Shown piece after piece: positions 26,023 to 29,870 of a stretch of 29,870 nt of DNA (within the stretch, counting starts at the first letter, position 1; each line of letters opens with the position of its first letter). The DNA lies in the NCBI GenBank assembly GCA_023457295.1, contig JAEWLZ010000320.1:1-29870 (forward strand). The letters run 5' to 3'. The position numbers were made by a program, and so were the translations under genes. Origin of the DNA: Cyanobacteria bacterium OH_PDB_112. Lineage in GTDB: Bacteria > Cyanobacteriota > Vampirovibrionia > Gastranaerophilales > CAJFVJ01. Below the pieces are notes generated by a model. That model saw only the letters and a program-made list of their open reading frames with translations, was not told the DNA's origin and searched no databases.

Positions 26023-27125
26023 GATTTGTCCTCCGAAAGAAAACTTTTAATGATTTTTGATTGTGTCTCGTATTCCAGCAAAAACGCATCATGGCCACAA
26101 GGGGAGTCAATTTTGCAGAAAGAGACATCTTTTTGGTTTTTGATAAGGGCATTAACAATTTCTTTTGATTGTTCTGGCGGAAAGAGCCAGTCTGACGAGA
26201 AAGCAATTATCAAAAATTTGGCATTGGTATTGGAAAAAGCTTGCTCAAGTGAGCCGTATTTTTCAGCCAAATCAAAATAATCCACAGCTTTTGTGATGTA
26301 AAGGTAGCTGTTGGCATCAAATCTATCGACAAAAATTTGCCCTTGGTATTCAAGATAGCTCTCGACTTGAAAATCCACATCAAAGTGAAAATCAGGAGAA
26401 TCTTTGTCCTGAAGACGTCTGCCGAATTTTTTATGCATTGCTTCTTCGCAAAGATAAGTTATATGTCCCACCATTCTTGCGATAGAAAGACCTTTTTCGG
26501 GTTTGGCTCTATCGTAATAGTTGCCTTTGTTCCAGTTGGGATCGGATATAATTGCGTTTCTTCCAACGGCGTTGAATGCTATTCCTTGAGCGGAAAGTCT
26601 TGCGGTTGATGCGATAATTATAGCGTGTGTAACCATATCGCTGTGGCGTATAGACCATTCCATGGCTTGCATTCCACCCATAGAACCGCCAGCTACTCTA
26701 AGTTTTTTTACGCCCAAAAAGTCCACAAGTTTTTTTTGAACTTTTACAACATCTTCAGTTGTAAAAACAGGGAATTCAATGCCGTAAGGCTTTCCTGTGT
26801 CGGGGTTTGTGGATGAAGGTCCTGTTGTGCCTTTACATCCTCCCAACATGTTTGAACAAATCACAAAATATTTATTTGTATCAAACGCTTTATTTGATCC
26901 GACAAGATCATCCCACCAGCCGGGTTTTTTATCACCTTCATGATAACCTGCTGCATGTGCATCGCCTGTCAGCGCATGCAAAAGTAAAATAGCATTATTT
27001 TTTGCTTCATTAAGTTCGCCGTAAGTTTCATAGGCTACCTGAACATTTTTAAGTTCTTTGCCTGATTCGAGCAAAATGTTTTCTTCTATATGAAAATATT
27101 TTGTTTCTACTGTTCCAAGTGTCAT
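26019..27125 (-). CDS. metX: Homoserine O-acyltransferase MetX
   Basis: HALTGDAH, GGSMGGMQA, RFDANSY, SDWLFPP, GHDAFL. Confidence 0.95.
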   Translation of the reverse strand: MTLGTVETKYFHIEENILLESGKELKNVQVAYETYGELNEAKNNAILLLHALTGDAHAAGYHEGDKKPGWWDDLVGSNKAFDTNKYFVICSNMLGGCKGTTGPSSTNPDTGKPYGIEFPVFTTEDVVKVQKKLVDFLGVKKLRVAGGSMGGMQAMEWSIRHSDMVTHAIIIASTARLSAQGIAFNAVGRNAIISDPNWNKGNYYDRAKPEKGLSIARMVGHITYLCEEAMHKKFGRRLQDKDSPDFHFDVDFQVESYLEYQGQIFVDRFDANSYLYITKAVDYFDLAEKYGSLEQAFSNTNAKFLIIAFSSDWLFPPEQSKEIVNALIKNQKDVSFCKIDSPCGHDAFLLEYETQSKIIKSFLSEDKS

Positions 27126-27249
27126 TTTTTAATTTTTTTATCCTGCCTGTATTCTTTTATTAGATTATATCACTTAATATATCAAAAAATTTAATATTTT
27201 TGCATTTGGCTAATTTTAATGGCAAAATAGAGAGACTAAGGAGGAGTTT

Positions 27250-28548
27250 ATGTTTTCGGGGAATGAAATGTTGATATCAGGATTGATTCTTCTTATAGCA
27301 TATTTTTTTATTGCGACCGAAAAAATCCAAAAATCTGTTGTGGCGCTTTTTGGGGCTTCTCTTACTCTTATTTTTGGGCTTTTACCTCAATATAAGCATG
27401 AAGGCATAAAATCAGCTTTTGAATATGTTGAGTTTGATGTGATTTTTTTGCTTATCAGTATGATGATAATTGTTCATATTGCAACTCGTAGTGGTATGTT
27501 CGACTGGATTGCGATAAATATTCTTAAGCTTACAAAAGGGCATCCAAAGAGTGTTCTTTTTGCATTAGCTGCTTTTACGGCTTTTGCTTCGGCATTTTTG
27601 GATAATGTTACGACAGTTGTTTTGATTATGCCGGTTACTTTTGTCATCGCGAAGGAACTTGAAATTACTCCTGTTCCCTTTTTAATTACAGAAATTTTGG
27701 CGTCCAATATAGGCGGAACCGCAACTCTTATAGGAGATCCCCCAAATATAATAATAGGGCTTCGCGCGGGAATTTCGTTTATGCAGTTTTTGACTGAACT
27801 TACGGAAATTATTGTCTTGATTTTTCTTGTTTCGGTGGGGGTTTTACTTTTTTTGTTTCGAAAAAAACTTATTTCAAGACCCGATAAAATGGAACATGTT
27901 GCAAATATGACCACATCCGGAATTATAAAAGATAAGGCTCTTGTATGGCGTTCCAGTATTGTTCTTTTGGCAGTTATTTTGGGCTTTATAACTCATGATA
28001 TTACTCATATTGCAAGTTATGTCTGCGCAATGATGGGGGCAAGTGTTCTTTTGCTCTTTGAAAGTCCTAAAGAAATTTATGAAGATGTTGAGTGGCTCAC
28101 AATTTTCTTTTTTATCGGGCTGTTCATTATTATTGGCGGATTTGAAGCGTCAGGAGGTATTAGTTTTCTTGCACAGAAGATGATAAATATTACCAATGGC
28201 AATCTTAATCTTGCTTGTGCGCTGATTTTATGGGGGTCGGGAATTTTATCGGGAATTATAGATAATATTCCATATACTGCTACTATGGTGCCTTTATTGG
28301 AACAAGTTGTGCATACTATGCCTCATCCTAATGATGTTCATCCATTGTGGTGGGCTTTGTCTTTGGGAGCTTGCTTAGGAGGAAACTTCACCATTATAGG
28401 GGCGGCTGCGAATGTTATTGTATGTGAAAAAGCTGCAGTGGAAGGTTTTGAAATTTCTTTTTGGGAGTTTTTTAAATACGGTTCTTTAATTTCGATTGTT
28501 TCTCTTATTATGAGTACTTTTTATTTGTATTTTAGATTTTTAATATAG
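27250..28548 (+). CDS. ArsB/NhaD (IT superfamily) ion transporter
   Basis: SAFLDNVTTV, SNIGGTATLIGDPPN, DNIPY, GGNFTIIGAAAN. Confidence 0.88.
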   Translation: MFSGNEMLISGLILLIAYFFIATEKIQKSVVALFGASLTLIFGLLPQYKHEGIKSAFEYVEFDVIFLLISMMIIVHIATRSGMFDWIAINILKLTKGHPKSVLFALAAFTAFASAFLDNVTTVVLIMPVTFVIAKELEITPVPFLITEILASNIGGTATLIGDPPNIIIGLRAGISFMQFLTELTEIIVLIFLVSVGVLLFLFRKKLISRPDKMEHVANMTTSGIIKDKALVWRSSIVLLAVILGFITHDITHIASYVCAMMGASVLLLFESPKEIYEDVEWLTIFFFIGLFIIIGGFEASGGISFLAQKMINITNGNLNLACALILWGSGILSGIIDNIPYTATMVPLLEQVVHTMPHPNDVHPLWWALSLGACLGGNFTIIGAAANVIVCEKAAVEGFEISFWEFFKYGSLISIVSLIMSTFYLYFRFLI

Positions 28549-28560
28549 GTATTAAATTTT

Positions 28561-29214
28561 ATGAAAAATAAGTTATTTTTGATTATTTTTGTTTTATTTA
28601 TTTTTACTTTAAATCATGCAAATGCTATGGAAAAATTTACCGTAGAGCTTGTTAATGATATAGACTTGACTAATATCCCAAAGGAATGTTCTTTGAAGGC
28701 AACAGAAGATGTTTACGTCGGATATTACGATAAAATTGAAAAAGACAGCATTATTACAGGCGAAATAGTTAAGATAGTTCCGCCCAGAAGACTGGAAAGA
28801 GATGCTTTTATTGTTTTTAAGCCTAAAAAGTACACAATTCCTTCAGAAAATAATAAAGAAGTTGATATTTTAACTTCCAAAAAGGTTAAATTAAGAAATA
28901 AAAGAAAACTTGATAAAAAAGATCTTGCCGCCAATACTTTTGGAACAGCACTTTCTTGTTTCCCTCCTTTTACATTTATTGTACCCTTTGCGCAGTTTGG
29001 AATGGGAATTGTTAAACACAAAGAAAACGAACATCCTTTTCGGGGCGGGTTTCGTTATTTGATTGAAAGTTGGCCTTTCTGTTATTTGTTAAAAGGAGAT
29101 GCAATGGTTTTGGTATCAGGGACAAAAATGCAACTTCCTTTAAGTGAAAAAATGTTCAATTTTCACCTAGAAAAGAAAAAAGAATTTTTAAAAAAATCTA
29201 AAAAAGAAGTTTAA
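28561..29214 (+). CDS. Hypothetical exported protein
   Basis: N-terminal KNK plus hydrophobic stretch plus ANA signal-peptide-like sequence. Confidence 0.65.
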   Translation: MKNKLFLIIFVLFIFTLNHANAMEKFTVELVNDIDLTNIPKECSLKATEDVYVGYYDKIEKDSIITGEIVKIVPPRRLERDAFIVFKPKKYTIPSENNKEVDILTSKKVKLRNKRKLDKKDLAANTFGTALSCFPPFTFIVPFAQFGMGIVKHKENEHPFRGGFRYLIESWPFCYLLKGDAMVLVSGTKMQLPLSEKMFNFHLEKKKEFLKKSKKEV

Positions 29215-29216
29215 GA

Positions 29217-29498
29217 CTATTTTTTGTCTGTAACAACTAATAAATGCCAGCCAAATTGAGTTTGAACCGGTTCTGAAAGTTCGCCTACTTCAAGTGTAAA
29301 TGATGCTTCATCGAACTCCGGAACCATCATTCCTCTTGTGAAGAAACCCAAGTCGCCGCCATTTGCCCCTGAAGGACATTGTGAAACTGCTGCTGCAACA
29401 TCTGCAAAATCTTTTCCTGCAAGAATTTCTTCTCTGAGTTTTTTTGCTTCTTCTTCTGTTGAAACTAAAAGGTGGCTTGCGCGAACTTGTGTTGTCAT
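29217..29498 (-). CDS. ppiC: Parvulin-type peptidyl-prolyl isomerase
   Basis: ASHLLV, SQCPSG-xxGGDLG, MVPEFD, TQFGWH. Confidence 0.92.
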   Translation of the reverse strand: MTTQVRASHLLVSTEEEAKKLREEILAGKDFADVAAAVSQCPSGANGGDLGFFTRGMMVPEFDEASFTLEVGELSEPVQTQFGWHLLVVTDKK

Positions 29499-29574
29499 TG
29501 TTTTACTCCTTTAAATCTGTCTATGGAACTGATTATAGCATGACAAATCAAATGTAAATAAATATTTAAAAAGT

Positions 29575-29603
29575 TTGACTCAGGATTTTGAGTTTTTTAT
29601 AAT
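29575..29603 (+). promoter_or_regulatory. Sigma70 promoter of the leader-pyrK unit
   Basis: TTGACT-N17-TATAAT, near consensus. Confidence 0.8.
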
Positions 29604-29620
29604 AATTACAGGTGAGGAAA

Positions 29621-29665
29621 ATGAAAAAAAATATAAGACATTATTTGAAATTAAATATAACCTAA
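29621..29665 (+). CDS. Putative 14-aa leader peptide MKKNIRHYLKLNIT
   Basis: GGTGAGG RBS just after the promoter; the stop is immediately followed by a hairpin and T tract. Confidence 0.45.
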   Translation: MKKNIRHYLKLNIT

Positions 29666-29696
29666 AGAAGAAAAGCGTTGTCTTTTCTTTTTTTTT
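29665..29696 (+). terminator. Putative attenuator hairpin before pyrK
   Basis: AGAAAAG-CGTTGT-CTTTTCT stem running into a long T tract; AT-rich and weak. Confidence 0.45.
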
Positions 29697-29705
29697 GAGG
29701 AAAAA

Positions 29706-29870
29706 ATGAAAAAAAATCACATCGGAACAATTGAAAATATACAAAAAATAAACTCTCAGGTTTATTCTGTGGAGTTTTCATCCCCCACTTTGAGTGAGAT
29801 TTGTCCGGGGGAATATGTTTCGATTTTGTGCGAAGGGCTTACTTTGCGCCGTCCTTTCAGCGTTGCTGAT
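29706..29870 (+). CDS. pyrK: Dihydroorotate dehydrogenase electron transfer subunit-like FAD-binding protein, N-terminal part (truncated)
   Basis: Manual translation MKKNHIGTIENIQKINSQVYSVEFSSPTLSEICPGEYVSILCEGLTLRRPFSVAD, with PGxYV and LRRPFS motifs; GAGG RBS. Confidence 0.7.
   Translation, partial: MKKNHIGTIENIQKINSQVYSVEFSSPTLSEICPGEYVSILCEGLTLRRPFSVAD

Noticed and set aside
27126..27249. SAM riboswitch or T-box upstream of metX
   Set aside because: Short AT-rich divergent intergenic region with no matching motifs.
552..29021. Short alternative-frame and antisense ORFs in the track (e.g. 10994-11572, 20341-20700, 27474-27914)
   Set aside because: They overlap well-supported genes and have no motifs; shadow ORFs.

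Overview
AT-rich bacterial chromosomal window. Gene content and style (hydE, gshB, speDEB, metXW, MG(I/M)xxxQAR-type paralogs) suggest Melainabacteria/Gastranaerophilales, which is an inference. It is mostly housekeeping genes, with no rRNA, tRNA, CRISPR array or mobile element seen. Three accessory items stand out. (1) A 2,902-aa giant flagellin-like protein has GLUG/beta-helix regions and about 20 YHS-like repeats nested inside one of them. (2) Two tandem paralogous genes of an uncharacterised family have flagellin-like architecture (conserved coiled-coil ends, variable middle). Each has a sigma28-type promoter, a shared upstream TGTAAC-N6-TTAA box, a long structured 5' leader, and a structured 3' UTR whose end is complementary to the gene's own ribosome-binding region. 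This conserved 5'-3' long-range pairing is the best candidate for an undescribed regulatory system here. (3) A phosphatase-aminotransferase-Cys-hydrolase operon of unknown pathway. A candidate leader-peptide attenuator also precedes pyrK at the right edge.
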